NCBI GenBank assembly: GCA_949287095.1
Contig: CASEFA010000001.1
Location: 69,320-133,319, forward strand
Length of the DNA: 64,000 bases
Origin: an uncultured Bacillota bacterium
Lineage (GTDB): Bacteria; Bacillota; Clostridia; Peptostreptococcales; Anaerovoracaceae
Direction: 5' to 3'
Shown here: positions 48,060 to 56,664 of the stretch, one piece after another
How the letters are laid out: every line of letters starts with the position of its first letter
How positions within the stretch are numbered: the first letter of the stretch is position 1
Made by a program: the position numbers and the translations under genes
The notes under the pieces: generated by a model
The model's input: the letters and a program-made list of their open reading frames with translations, nothing else
Databases searched by the model: none
Told to the model about the DNA's origin: nothing

Positions 48060-48980
48060 CTATCTTTCAACCTTGAAGGTGATTTTTCCCGTAGCGGTAT
48101 CCATAGTGCATACTGCACCTAAAGGAAGCGTCATCATAGGCTTGCTGTGACCTGACTGAACATTATACATTACAGGTATGTCGATACCCTCAAGTATATC
48201 CTTTATGTCTGCATACACATCATACTCAGGCAGCTTCTCGTTTTCCACTTCTGTGAACTGTCCGAGCAGAATTCCGCTGCACTTTGCAAGCTTGCCGGAA
48301 TTTCTCAGGTGGTACATCCACTTCTCGATCTTTGACAGCGGCTCGCATACCTCTTCGACGAAGAGGATTCTTCCTTCTGTATCCAGGTCGTAAGGAGTTC
48401 CCACACTGGCGGAAAGAAGAGAAAGATTTCCGCCTGTGAGTATTCCTTCTGCCTTTCCTTCCTTCAGAACTTTCACGTCAAAGCCTGCAGGGTTCTTGAA
48501 TTCGAAATCTCCGTCTGCGTTTATTGCCGCAAAGAGAGACTCTGCAGTCTCATCGTCAAAATCGTTGAGGATATTGGATGAAACCATAGGTCCATGGAAC
48601 GTTACCAGGCCGCAGTTCTGGTTTATTCCCAGATGGATGTTGGTAACGTCGCTGTAGCCTACGAAGATCTTAGGATTGTTTCTGATTACATCGTAATCGA
48701 GGTATTCCATAATTCTGCTGCTTCCGTCGCCGCCTCTCACGCAGAACACAGCCTTAACCTCAGGGTCTGCGAACATTTTGTTTATCCACTCGCCTCTGGT
48801 TTTGCCGGTTCCGGCCATGAAGCCGCCGTAGTTTTCCTCGAGATTATCAGCAGCCTTTACCTTGTATCCGAGATCCTCCATCTTCTTTATGAGAGCAGGG
48901 GTCTTGCCCTCATCTACAGGAGAGCTCGGGCATATGATACCTATGGTATCGCCTTTGTTTAATTTTTCAGGATATCTCAT
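48060..48980 (-). CDS. S66-family LD-carboxypeptidase, copy 2
   Basis: 306 aa. GYSDVTNIH and SGH motifs. Collinear with 42167-43090; roughly half the residues look identical by eye. Confidence 0.8.
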   Translation of the reverse strand: MRYPEKLNKGDTIGIICPSSPVDEGKTPALIKKMEDLGYKVKAADNLEENYGGFMAGTGKTRGEWINKMFADPEVKAVFCVRGGDGSSRIMEYLDYDVIRNNPKIFVGYSDVTNIHLGINQNCGLVTFHGPMVSSNILNDFDDETAESLFAAINADGDFEFKNPAGFDVKVLKEGKAEGILTGGNLSLLSASVGTPYDLDTEGRILFVEEVCEPLSKIEKWMYHLRNSGKLAKCSGILLGQFTEVENEKLPEYDVYADIKDILEGIDIPVMYNVQSGHSKPMMTLPLGAVCTMDTATGKITFKVER

Positions 48981-49008
48981 TTTAGTTTACCTTCTTTCAG
49001 ACAAAATC

Positions 49009-49557
49009 CTAGAATCCGTATCCCCAGAGAAGGTTTACGATTACGCAGGATGCAATAAGGGAAGCCAGGTCGCCGAGAAGGCCTGCCGCTACGGAATGTC
49101 TGGAGTTGGAAACGCCTACAGATCCGAAGTATACGGCAAGGATGTAGAATGTGGTCTCGGTGGAGCCCATTGCAACGGATGCGATACGTCCGATCTGGCT
49201 CTGAGTTCCGTAAGTGGTAACCAGCTCGGTCATCATACCTTCAGCACCGCCGCCGGAGAAGGATCTCATTACCGCGAAAGGAAGAACCTCTCCAGGACAT
49301 CCGATAATGCTAGTTATAGGGTCTATCAGGTTACAAAATGCGTCCATTGCGCCGGATGCTCTCAGCATACCGATAGCGCAGAGCATTGCAACCAGATAAG
49401 GAATAATCATTACTGCTGTGGAGAATCCGTCTTTTGCTCCCGTTGTAAATACGGAGTAAATAGGTACTCTCTTTGTAAGTGCGTAACCTACCACAATGAA
49501 GATTACCACAGGTATGGCCCATGTGGATATTGCGTTAAATACGTCCTGAACTGACAT
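49009..49557 (-). CDS. spmB: SpmB-like membrane protein, copy 2
   Basis: 182 aa. TGAKDGFSTAVMIIPYLVAMLCAIGMLRASGAMD. Confidence 0.75.
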   Translation of the reverse strand: MSVQDVFNAISTWAIPVVIFIVVGYALTKRVPIYSVFTTGAKDGFSTAVMIIPYLVAMLCAIGMLRASGAMDAFCNLIDPITSIIGCPGEVLPFAVMRSFSGGGAEGMMTELVTTYGTQSQIGRIASVAMGSTETTFYILAVYFGSVGVSNSRHSVAAGLLGDLASLIASCVIVNLLWGYGF

Positions 49558-49572
49558 TATATTAGCCCTCCT

Positions 49573-50286
49573 TTACGCTTCTTTGCTTCCGAAATCGGTC
49601 TTCAGCTTGTAACCTTCAGGAAGAACTATAGGGTCGTCTCCTATGTAGTCTTCGTTTACCTCTAAGGTGCCTGCTGCGATTTCTCTCTCGATTACGTTCT
49701 CAAGCTTCCATCTCTTTGTTCTCTGGAAGAGGAGAGAGAAGCCTACGCCTGTTACAGTGGAAATAGTCGTAGCTATGATAACAGGTACAACGATTTCAGC
49801 TGCGCCATCTGCCTGGATGGAAGCACGGATGCTTATTACAGTGGATGGAAGCAGAGTGATGGACGTTGTGGAAATAGCCATGAGCATGCACTGAGCGTTA
49901 GTTGCGATGTTCTTCGTCTTGTTGAGAGTCTGAAGCTCCTGCATGGTCTTAAGTCCGAAAGGTGTTGCAGCATTACCGATTCCCAGGATGTTGGCTGCGA
50001 AGTAAAGAGCCATTATGGAGTTGGCAGGGTGATCAGCCGGAACATCAGGGAAGAGCAGTCTCATAACAGGGTAGATTGCCTTGCCCAGCTTATCGCAGAG
50101 GCCGGATTCCTCCATGAGCTTCATCAGTCCGCAGAAGAATGCCATGGTACCGATGAGTCCGAGAGCGATGTCAACGCCGGACTGTGCGAAGTCAAAAATG
50201 TTCTGAAGTACGGCATCCATAGTGCCCGTGATGCCGCCGGCAACCACGCCTATGAGCATGAATGCCGCGAAGAGATAGTTCATCAT
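49573..50286 (-). CDS. spmA: SpmA-like membrane protein, copy 2
   Basis: AAGGAGGAAATTCTAATT precedes ATGATG at 50286. The 38 extra codons in the track ORF would run through the sigma54 promoter's 5' UTR and are discarded. Confidence 0.75.
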   Translation of the reverse strand: MMNYLFAAFMLIGVVAGGITGTMDAVLQNIFDFAQSGVDIALGLIGTMAFFCGLMKLMEESGLCDKLGKAIYPVMRLLFPDVPADHPANSIMALYFAANILGIGNAATPFGLKTMQELQTLNKTKNIATNAQCMLMAISTTSITLLPSTVISIRASIQADGAAEIVVPVIIATTISTVTGVGFSLLFQRTKRWKLENVIEREIAAGTLEVNEDYIGDDPIVLPEGYKLKTDFGSKEA

Positions 50287-50395
50287 AATTAGAATTTCCT
50301 CCTTCTTTGGTGAAGTTATGCATAATTGCATGATACATGTATCCCGTTCCGGCTGTAAGCTTCCCATGGTTTCGCCGGAACACACGGGGTAGAAT

Positions 50396-50411
50396 TGCAA
50401 TTAGTGTGCCA
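50396..50411 (-). promoter_or_regulatory. sigma54 -24/-12 promoter
   Basis: Minus strand TGGCACactaaTTGCA, about 110 nt upstream of ATG 50286. Confidence 0.75.
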
Positions 50412-50654
50412 AGAAATATTGTGATGAAATTGTGGTAATTTCGGGGTTTATATGTGGACATAGGACGTATATCGCCAAAATGTGTCCTGTTTTCAGGAGG
50501 CGTATTCCTGATTTTAGGACTATACTTCCCGGTGCACCTGTCCGTAACCTCTATTCCCGCCCCTTTTTCACCAAATTAAAGGTTATATGAAGGCATGATT
50601 TTTGCTATAATATATCCTACGGTAATTCATATTTTTTACGAGGTGACAATACAC

Positions 50655-51269
50655 ATGAAAATGCGCAAAATAGAATACAACTATTCCAGTGCCTTCAAGC
50701 AGCTTCTGCTGGCCGTGATAGCTCTCTACGTTCTCCTTTACTATCTGGTAGTAGTGGAGATAAAGGTTTTCGATATTAAGGAATATGCGGACAGCATACT
50801 TTTCTTCCGCTCGACCATCGTGTACCTGGTTATCTTTGCGGTGCTGGGATGTCTGTTCTTCGCCCACAGGTTCTGCTACAGCATATATACCCCTGATGAG
50901 CTGACATTCTACAACCGTCTGCTTTTCCGACAGAAAACGCTGGACTTTTCCAGAGTGAAGCTTGCAGTCTTTGATACGTTCGGAGTGAAGTTCTACGATA
51001 AGGAAGTGTCTTTTCCCATCACCGAAAAGCCCTTCTTTACGCTTCCTTTCTACAGGGGTGGCTTTATAGACCCGGTGCAGATAGACAAGCTGCACCATTT
51101 CCTGCAAGACAGCAAAAAAATACCCGTAGTCAAAAACTACAAGGTACTTTTGGGATACGGCAAGAGCTGGAGACTGCTCTACGCGTTCTACATATTCTTC
51201 ACCATATGCTTCATCATAGCCGGCGTAACTCCGCTGACTGCGGTAATCGTGCTGTTTTTAAACCACTAG
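50655..51269 (+). CDS. hypothetical membrane protein, paralogue 2 of 44679-45317
   Basis: GAGGTGA precedes ATG 50655. Same architecture and shared C-terminal blocks (L/TxPFxRGG...D..F/L..L, ...LPGY/LLGYxKxWK/R... final TM). Confidence 0.6.
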   Translation: MKMRKIEYNYSSAFKQLLLAVIALYVLLYYLVVVEIKVFDIKEYADSILFFRSTIVYLVIFAVLGCLFFAHRFCYSIYTPDELTFYNRLLFRQKTLDFSRVKLAVFDTFGVKFYDKEVSFPITEKPFFTLPFYRGGFIDPVQIDKLHHFLQDSKKIPVVKNYKVLLGYGKSWRLLYAFYIFFTICFIIAGVTPLTAVIVLFLNH

Positions 51270-51270
51270 G

Positions 51271-51528
51271 CTAGGTTTCGGAATTTCCGCCGTCTCCGGC
51301 GGTTTCACCGGTTTTACCGGCTTTGTCCGATTCGCCCGGCTCCTGTGATTTCTCTGAGTTTTCCAGAGCTTCACGGATCCGCTGCTCCTTTTCCATCTTT
51401 TTCTTCTGCTGTTCCTTGAGACTGTCCATCATGCTCATTCCGGGACGCCTGAGGATGTAGATGAAGCAGAATATGAGGAGTATCACTCCTATTACGGACT
51501 TTACCGATATATCGAGATTGTCAAACAT
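51271..51528 (-). CDS. hypothetical small membrane protein with charged tail
   Basis: 85 aa. One TM helix (VIGVILLIFCFIYIL), then a Lys/Glu-rich and Gly/Glu/Thr tail. Confidence 0.4.
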   Translation of the reverse strand: MFDNLDISVKSVIGVILLIFCFIYILRRPGMSMMDSLKEQQKKKMEKEQRIREALENSEKSQEPGESDKAGKTGETAGDGGNSET

Positions 51529-51604
51529 GTTACCATTATCCTTTCGCGAAAAATTTCATTTCGCATTATAAACGATTGTTCAGATTAAATCAAGGAGGTA
51601 CCTT

Positions 51605-52087
51605 TTGAATAAGCATTTTTCCATCGTAAACAGGCGCAGCGTCATCTACGTTACTATAGGTATGCTGCTTCTCATAGCGCTCCTTGGAGTATGTCTTTCC
51701 TTCGCCCTCAAAGGCAGCAAGCTCTGGTTCATAGGAGTCGTAATATTCGGCGGGCTGCTGCTCTTCGGAGTGCTCATAGCACGTTCAGTTCTGGATGCCG
51801 GAATCGACGTAATAAGGGGAACTGTCATTCTCCCGGACATCAAACACCCGGAAAGGGGCAAAGTTCCCGCTTTTCACGTGGCTGACCTTGAAGATGTCGG
51901 CCTCTTCACCCTTGACGGTAAAGAGCTTGATCCTGCAGCGGATAAGCTTGCAGGGGCCAAAGTGGTCTTCTCCCTCAAGGACGGAGACAGTAAAGAATAC
52001 TTTCCCCTCTCCATTACGAAAAAGCAGTTTGACAGGCTTAGGCGCGGAATGCTCCTCATGGCCTCCGAAGCCGATGACAACTTCTAA
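51605..52087 (+). CDS. hypothetical membrane protein (2 TM plus soluble domain)
   Basis: AGGAGG 6 nt before a TTG start. 160 aa. Architecture is reminiscent of the two paralogues at 44679 and 50655. Confidence 0.5.
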   Translation: MNKHFSIVNRRSVIYVTIGMLLLIALLGVCLSFALKGSKLWFIGVVIFGGLLLFGVLIARSVLDAGIDVIRGTVILPDIKHPERGKVPAFHVADLEDVGLFTLDGKELDPAADKLAGAKVVFSLKDGDSKEYFPLSITKKQFDRLRRGMLLMASEADDNF

Positions 52088-52096
52088 AATGCGCCG

Positions 52097-53950
52097 TCAG
52101 AACTTTATGCCGTATTTTTTAAGCTTGTCGTAAAATACGCTCTTTGACATATCCAGTTCCTCCATAGCCTTGTGCTTGTCCCCTTGATACTTCAGCAGAG
52201 CGGTTTCGAGCACCCTCGCCTCCTCCATGGCGAGGTGCTCTTTCATGGTGACCGGCTCTTTTTGGCGTCCTATTCTGAGATGCTCTATGTAGATTATGTT
52301 AGAATCGCATATGGTCACGGCCCGCTCGATGACGTTTTCGAGCTCTCTTACGTTTCCAGGCCAGTCATATGACAAAAGCTTTCTGAGCGCTCCTCCGGAA
52401 AACTGCTTCATTTCCATTCCGTAAGTTTCGCATATTCTCTTCATCAGCTTTGTTATGAGTATGTAGAGGTCCGATTTTCTGTCCCTTATAGGCGGTATCT
52501 CTATGGGAAATACGTTTATCCTGTAAAAGAGATCCTGCCTGAACCTTCCCGCCGCTACCTCCTCTTCCAGATTTCTGTTCGTCGCGGCGATTACCCTGAC
52601 GTCAATTTTTACAGGCTTTGATGAACCTACCCTGTATATTATCTTGTCCTGCAGGACGTGCAGCAGCTTTACCTGAATATCCATGGGGATATCGCCTATT
52701 TCGTCCAGGAATATGGTTCCCTTGTCGGCGGCCTCGAAAAATCCGATCTTGCCTTCCGCCCTGGCTCCGGTAAACGCGCCTCCAACGTAGCCGAAAAGCT
52801 CGCTCTCGAACAAACTGGGTGCTATGGCGTTGCAGTTCACCTCTATAAAAGGGGCTCCCGGCGTACCTGCATTATGTATGTCCCTTGCCAGCATTGATTT
52901 TCCGGTCCCGCTTTCACCTGTGATTATGACGTTGAATTTACTCCTTGAGGCCTTATAGGCCATGTACTTCACCTCACGGATCTGGCTGCTTACTCCGGCA
53001 AAATTCTCGAAGGGTTCCTCCGGAAAGTCCCCCGTATGCTCCACTTCGTTTTCCGACGCCTTCTGTTCCAGCTGATGTATGATCTCATTTCTATCGCTTA
53101 AGAGCCGTTCCAGGTTCTCGGCAGCCTCCAGTATGAGGTACACCCCGTTTTCCGGACATTCACCCATGCCGTGACACGGAACTACGCTGCATATGAAGGG
53201 TCTCTTATTTATTTCGTATATTCTTTCAAGAAAGCCGTCGGATCTTCCGTCCAGTACAGCAAAAAGCTCTGAGGCGACGGCTGAATCGTCAAACACGTCA
53301 AAGTAGTTTCTTCCGGTAACTTCTATCCTGGAGTACCCGGCTTCCTTCTCCATGTACGGCTTTCCTCTCAGAAGGCCGCCCGCATCCTCGTTCCTGACGC
53401 TGTATCCCCTCGCCTGAAAGAACTTTATCTCCCCTGTCGCTCCGTCTATTACCACCATATTTCCCACGGCTGAGAAATAGCCCATCCTGTACTTTTTATC
53501 GTTTACCGAAATGAGTGTCTCATGCTTTACAGTATCCACGGAAACAAAGATCCGAAATCCGTAGTAGACCGCTTCCACCGTCATAGGAGTGGAAAGCTGA
53601 TGCTCCCGCATCGCCTTATATATCGGTCTTACCTTTTCGTTCTTATATACTCCCATGGCTATTATGACGTCGCCTTCCCTGATCTCGCCGTCTTTTATGT
53701 TCAGCATCTTAAGATCCTCTGTGGAAAGGTTCCCGTCGTCTTCACCCATTTTGCTGTCCGCTATTATTACGATATCACCGTCTTCTATTTTCCCCGCAGG
53801 ATGAGACTCTCCCGCGCTTATGGAAATTCCGGTAATCTCCTCCGCGCGTCGGTTGCACATCCTGATTATTCCGTCTTTGTCTAAAAGGATAACCCCCATA
53901 TTCAGGCTATCCATAAGGCGCTGCACCTCATAACCACAGTTTTTATTCAA
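52097..53950 (-). CDS. sigma54-dependent activator (PAS-like N-terminus plus unknown domain, AAA+, Fis-type HTH)
   Basis: 617 aa from a TTG start preceded by GGGAG. GESGTGKS, GGAFTGA, IFLDEIG, and C-terminal KHKAMEELDMSKSVFYDKLKKYGI. Confidence 0.85.
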   Translation of the reverse strand: MNKNCGYEVQRLMDSLNMGVILLDKDGIIRMCNRRAEEITGISISAGESHPAGKIEDGDIVIIADSKMGEDDGNLSTEDLKMLNIKDGEIREGDVIIAMGVYKNEKVRPIYKAMREHQLSTPMTVEAVYYGFRIFVSVDTVKHETLISVNDKKYRMGYFSAVGNMVVIDGATGEIKFFQARGYSVRNEDAGGLLRGKPYMEKEAGYSRIEVTGRNYFDVFDDSAVASELFAVLDGRSDGFLERIYEINKRPFICSVVPCHGMGECPENGVYLILEAAENLERLLSDRNEIIHQLEQKASENEVEHTGDFPEEPFENFAGVSSQIREVKYMAYKASRSKFNVIITGESGTGKSMLARDIHNAGTPGAPFIEVNCNAIAPSLFESELFGYVGGAFTGARAEGKIGFFEAADKGTIFLDEIGDIPMDIQVKLLHVLQDKIIYRVGSSKPVKIDVRVIAATNRNLEEEVAAGRFRQDLFYRINVFPIEIPPIRDRKSDLYILITKLMKRICETYGMEMKQFSGGALRKLLSYDWPGNVRELENVIERAVTICDSNIIYIEHLRIGRQKEPVTMKEHLAMEEARVLETALLKYQGDKHKAMEELDMSKSVFYDKLKKYGIKF

Positions 53951-54001
53951 TGACTGACTCCCTGTATTGATTTCTTCTCCTTTAACTTACAATAATTCTA
54001 C

Positions 54002-54032
54002 AAGAAAAGCGCGCCCCCTGCAATACGGGCGC
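54002..54032 (-). terminator. hairpin after the ABC transporter operon
   Basis: Minus strand GCGCCCgtattgcaggGGGCGCgCTTTTCTT. Confidence 0.45.
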
Positions 54033-54059
54033 AGCTTAATGCGGATATTCATTCATCAT

Positions 54060-54755
54060 TTATGAACGGATTATGGATTTAAGAAAAGCCTTGAGCCTTT
54101 CGGATCTCGGATTTTCGAATATGTCTTCAGGAGAACCTTCCTCCACTATCTCGCCGTCGTTCATGAATATTACCCTGTCGGCAACCTCTCTGGCAAATCC
54201 CATCTCGTGGGTAACCACTATCATAGTCGTGTGCTCCTCTGCCAGCTTTTTCATAACGTTCAGCACCTCTCCGGTTATCTCCGGATCGAGGGCCGAAGTC
54301 GGCTCGTCGAAGAGCATGAGGTCAGGGTTCATGGCAAGAGCTCTCGCTATGGCCACTCTCTGCTTCTGTCCGCCGGAGATGTGAGCCGGATACACGTCAG
54401 CCTTTGTCTCAAGGCCTACCATCTTAAGGAGCTCCATGGCCCTTTTCCTCGCCTCCTCCTTATCCATGCCCTTTACCTTTACAGGCGCGTAGGTAATGTT
54501 CTCAAGGCATGTCATATGAGGGAACAGGTTGAAGTGCTGGAACACCATTCCCGTCTCGCCGTTAAGTTCTATATTTCCCGAAGTCACTTTGTTGAGTCCG
54601 TTTATGCAGCGAAGGAGGGTGCTCTTTCCGGAGCCGGAAGGCCCGATGATGGCGACGGTTTCACCTTTTGATACCGTAAGACTAACACCTTTGACGACTC
54701 TCAGGTCTCCGAAGTCCTTCACTATATCCGTCATCTTGAGGATTATCCTGTCCAT
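54060..54755 (-). CDS. amino-acid ABC transporter ATP-binding protein (GlnQ-like)
   Basis: 231 aa. [36 protein letters not shown]. Confidence 0.9.
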   Translation of the reverse strand: MDRIILKMTDIVKDFGDLRVVKGVSLTVSKGETVAIIGPSGSGKSTLLRCINGLNKVTSGNIELNGETGMVFQHFNLFPHMTCLENITYAPVKVKGMDKEEARKRAMELLKMVGLETKADVYPAHISGGQKQRVAIARALAMNPDLMLFDEPTSALDPEITGEVLNVMKKLAEEHTTMIVVTHEMGFAREVADRVIFMNDGEIVEEGSPEDIFENPRSERLKAFLKSIIRS

Positions 54756-55417
54756 CAGTATTCCTCCTTTGCATCATATCTCATAAAGTACTTCTCTATC
54801 CGGCCCGCAACGAGGGTCAGAATGCTGCACATGATGAGATAAATTGCCGCAGCCCAGAAAAATATCGATATATCGGTCTCCCTGTTCACAGCGCTCTGAG
54901 TAGCCTTCATCAGCTCTATAACGCCTATACTGGAGGCGAGAGCCGTGTCCTTTACCAGCGTTATGGCTTCGTTTACAACCGGAGGAAGTATAGTCTTCAT
55001 GGTCTGGGGAAGTATGATATCCTTCATAGTCTGCCCTCTGGAAAGACCCAGGACGTGGGCTGCTTCATACTGTCCTCTGTCGATGCCGTTTATTCCTCCC
55101 CTGTATATCTCCGCAAAATACGCGGCGTAGTTAAGGACAAAGGTTATGCAGGCAGTCGGCAATGCCGGTATTGTTATATCCAGAGTAAAAGGGAAAAAGA
55201 AATAAAAGAAAAACAGCTGAAGCATCAGCGGCGTTCCTCTGAAAACCCATACGTAGAATTTACATACCCAGCTTAGAGGCTTGAACCTGCTTCTCTCTCC
55301 AAGAGCTATGGGCAGCCCCAGCGGAAGAGACAAGACCAATGTTATTACGAAAAGAATTATTGTGGTTTTAACGCCCGTAACCATGAAGGGCATAAACTGT
55401 GAGAAGTATTCACTCAT
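54755..55417 (-). CDS. amino-acid ABC transporter permease (His/Glu/Gln/Arg/opine family)
   Basis: 220 aa. [15 protein letters not shown] and the EAA loop region. Confidence 0.85.
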   Translation of the reverse strand: MSEYFSQFMPFMVTGVKTTIILFVITLVLSLPLGLPIALGERSRFKPLSWVCKFYVWVFRGTPLMLQLFFFYFFFPFTLDITIPALPTACITFVLNYAAYFAEIYRGGINGIDRGQYEAAHVLGLSRGQTMKDIILPQTMKTILPPVVNEAITLVKDTALASSIGVIELMKATQSAVNRETDISIFFWAAAIYLIMCSILTLVAGRIEKYFMRYDAKEEY

Positions 55418-55446
55418 TTACATTTCCTGCTTCCATTCATAGATCA

Positions 55447-55466
55447 GGCGGGGCAAAGACCCCGCC
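55447..55466 (-). promoter_or_regulatory. intercistronic stem-loop after the binding-protein gene
   Basis: GGCGGGGcaaagaCCCCGCC between the binding-protein and permease genes. No U tract. Confidence 0.45.
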
Positions 55467-55537
55467 GGTTTATTATAATATGTGCCGCAGCTTTTATCAA
55501 GTGCCATGCCGTGCCGTCAAGGCGCTCCGGCCGGACT

Positions 55538-56386
55538 TTACTCTATCGGTTCGCATATTACGATATCTCTTCCGAACCACTTTTCGCTTATTTCAGCAGC
55601 CGTTCCGTCATCTACCAGAGCCTGAAGCGCCTCGTTTACCTTGTCTCTCAGCTCAGTGTTATCCTGCGCAAATCCGATGGCATAGAAGTCGTCTCCCAGG
55701 TCGTAGGTGCACTCCTTCATCTCTCCGCCTAAGTTGTTGTTAGTGTATTCGCCCAGAACCTGGTCGACTGCTATTACATCCACTCTGCCTGCCTTAAGAT
55801 CCATTATCGCCAGGTCGTAGGTGTCGTACTCGGTGATGTTGCCTGCGAAGGAATCGTACGCCGGATCAGCCTCCAGCATCTGAAGTGCTGATGAATCCAC
55901 CTGCGTTCCTATCTTAAGGTCTGCGAGCTCTTCGCCTGACTGAACATCAGGACCTCCGTCTGCAAGGGACATGAGAACGATTTTATTGTTGAGATATTTG
56001 TTGGAAAATGCCATAGCCTCCATTCTCTCAGGAGTTACCGAAAGGCCGTTCCAGAGGCAGTCTACCGTACCTGCCTTAAGCTCGATTTCCTTGGCGTCCC
56101 AGTCTATAACCTTGAATTCCATGGTCATGCCCAGCTTCTCGCCTACGGCGTTGGCAAGGTCGATGTCAAAGCCAACTATATTTCCTTCCTCGTCTCTGAA
56201 GCCCATAGGTGCAAAAGCATCATCGATGCCGACTACTATGGTGTCGCTTTCCTCTTCGGCCGCATCTGCGTCTGCTTCTCCCTCAGCGTTTCCGCCTGAC
56301 GCCTCATCGCTTCCGCATGCCGTAAGAGCTGTCATTCCAAGTACCATGGCCGCAGCCATGAAAACCGCAAGTAATTTCTTCTTCAT
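55538..56386 (-). CDS. amino-acid ABC transporter substrate-binding lipoprotein
   Basis: 282 aa. Lipobox LTAC and family-3 binding-protein motifs (GFDIDLANAVGEKLG). Confidence 0.85.
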   Translation of the reverse strand: MKKKLLAVFMAAAMVLGMTALTACGSDEASGGNAEGEADADAAEEESDTIVVGIDDAFAPMGFRDEEGNIVGFDIDLANAVGEKLGMTMEFKVIDWDAKEIELKAGTVDCLWNGLSVTPERMEAMAFSNKYLNNKIVLMSLADGGPDVQSGEELADLKIGTQVDSSALQMLEADPAYDSFAGNITEYDTYDLAIMDLKAGRVDVIAVDQVLGEYTNNNLGGEMKECTYDLGDDFYAIGFAQDNTELRDKVNEALQALVDDGTAAEISEKWFGRDIVICEPIE

Positions 56387-56529
56387 ATCTTTTTTCGTCC
56401 TTTCCGTGTAGTCTGATCTGTATTGCGGCGCGTTTTGAGTGTGTCTCTTCTTCGCTTCACCGGGACGCTCTGTCCGCCGCTTTATCTGTCACTTTATCGC
56501 TTTAACTCACTAAACCGATAACAGTATAA

Positions 56530-56558
56530 AGTCTACCACGGCAGGCTGCGGTTGTCAA
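56530..56558 (-). promoter_or_regulatory. sigma70-type promoter TTGACA-17-TAGACT
   Basis: Minus strand TTGACAaccgcagcctgccgtggTAGACT, about 145 nt upstream of the binding-protein ATG. Confidence 0.4.
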
Positions 56559-56664
56559 TAGGCTCTTTGCTGTTTTAACAATTTAAGTCTTTGCTGCTCG
56601 GGTGACTTTAAAGCATAACGCCTTGTATGACCTTAACGCGTAACTGCTCGTGGGATTTTAAGGA

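Noticed and set aside
49573-50400. Over-extended N-termini in the ORF track. Examples: 49573-50400, 45422-46855, 11000-11659, 25746-26231, 26192-26920, 24836-25732, 61361-61798, 29032-31227, 58151-58828 and 56900-57478.
   Set aside because: The extensions overlap upstream genes or promoters and lack family similarity. Internal ATG codons preceded by AGGAGG-like sites coincide with the canonical N-termini (MMNY..., MICENIS..., [35 protein letters not shown]...).
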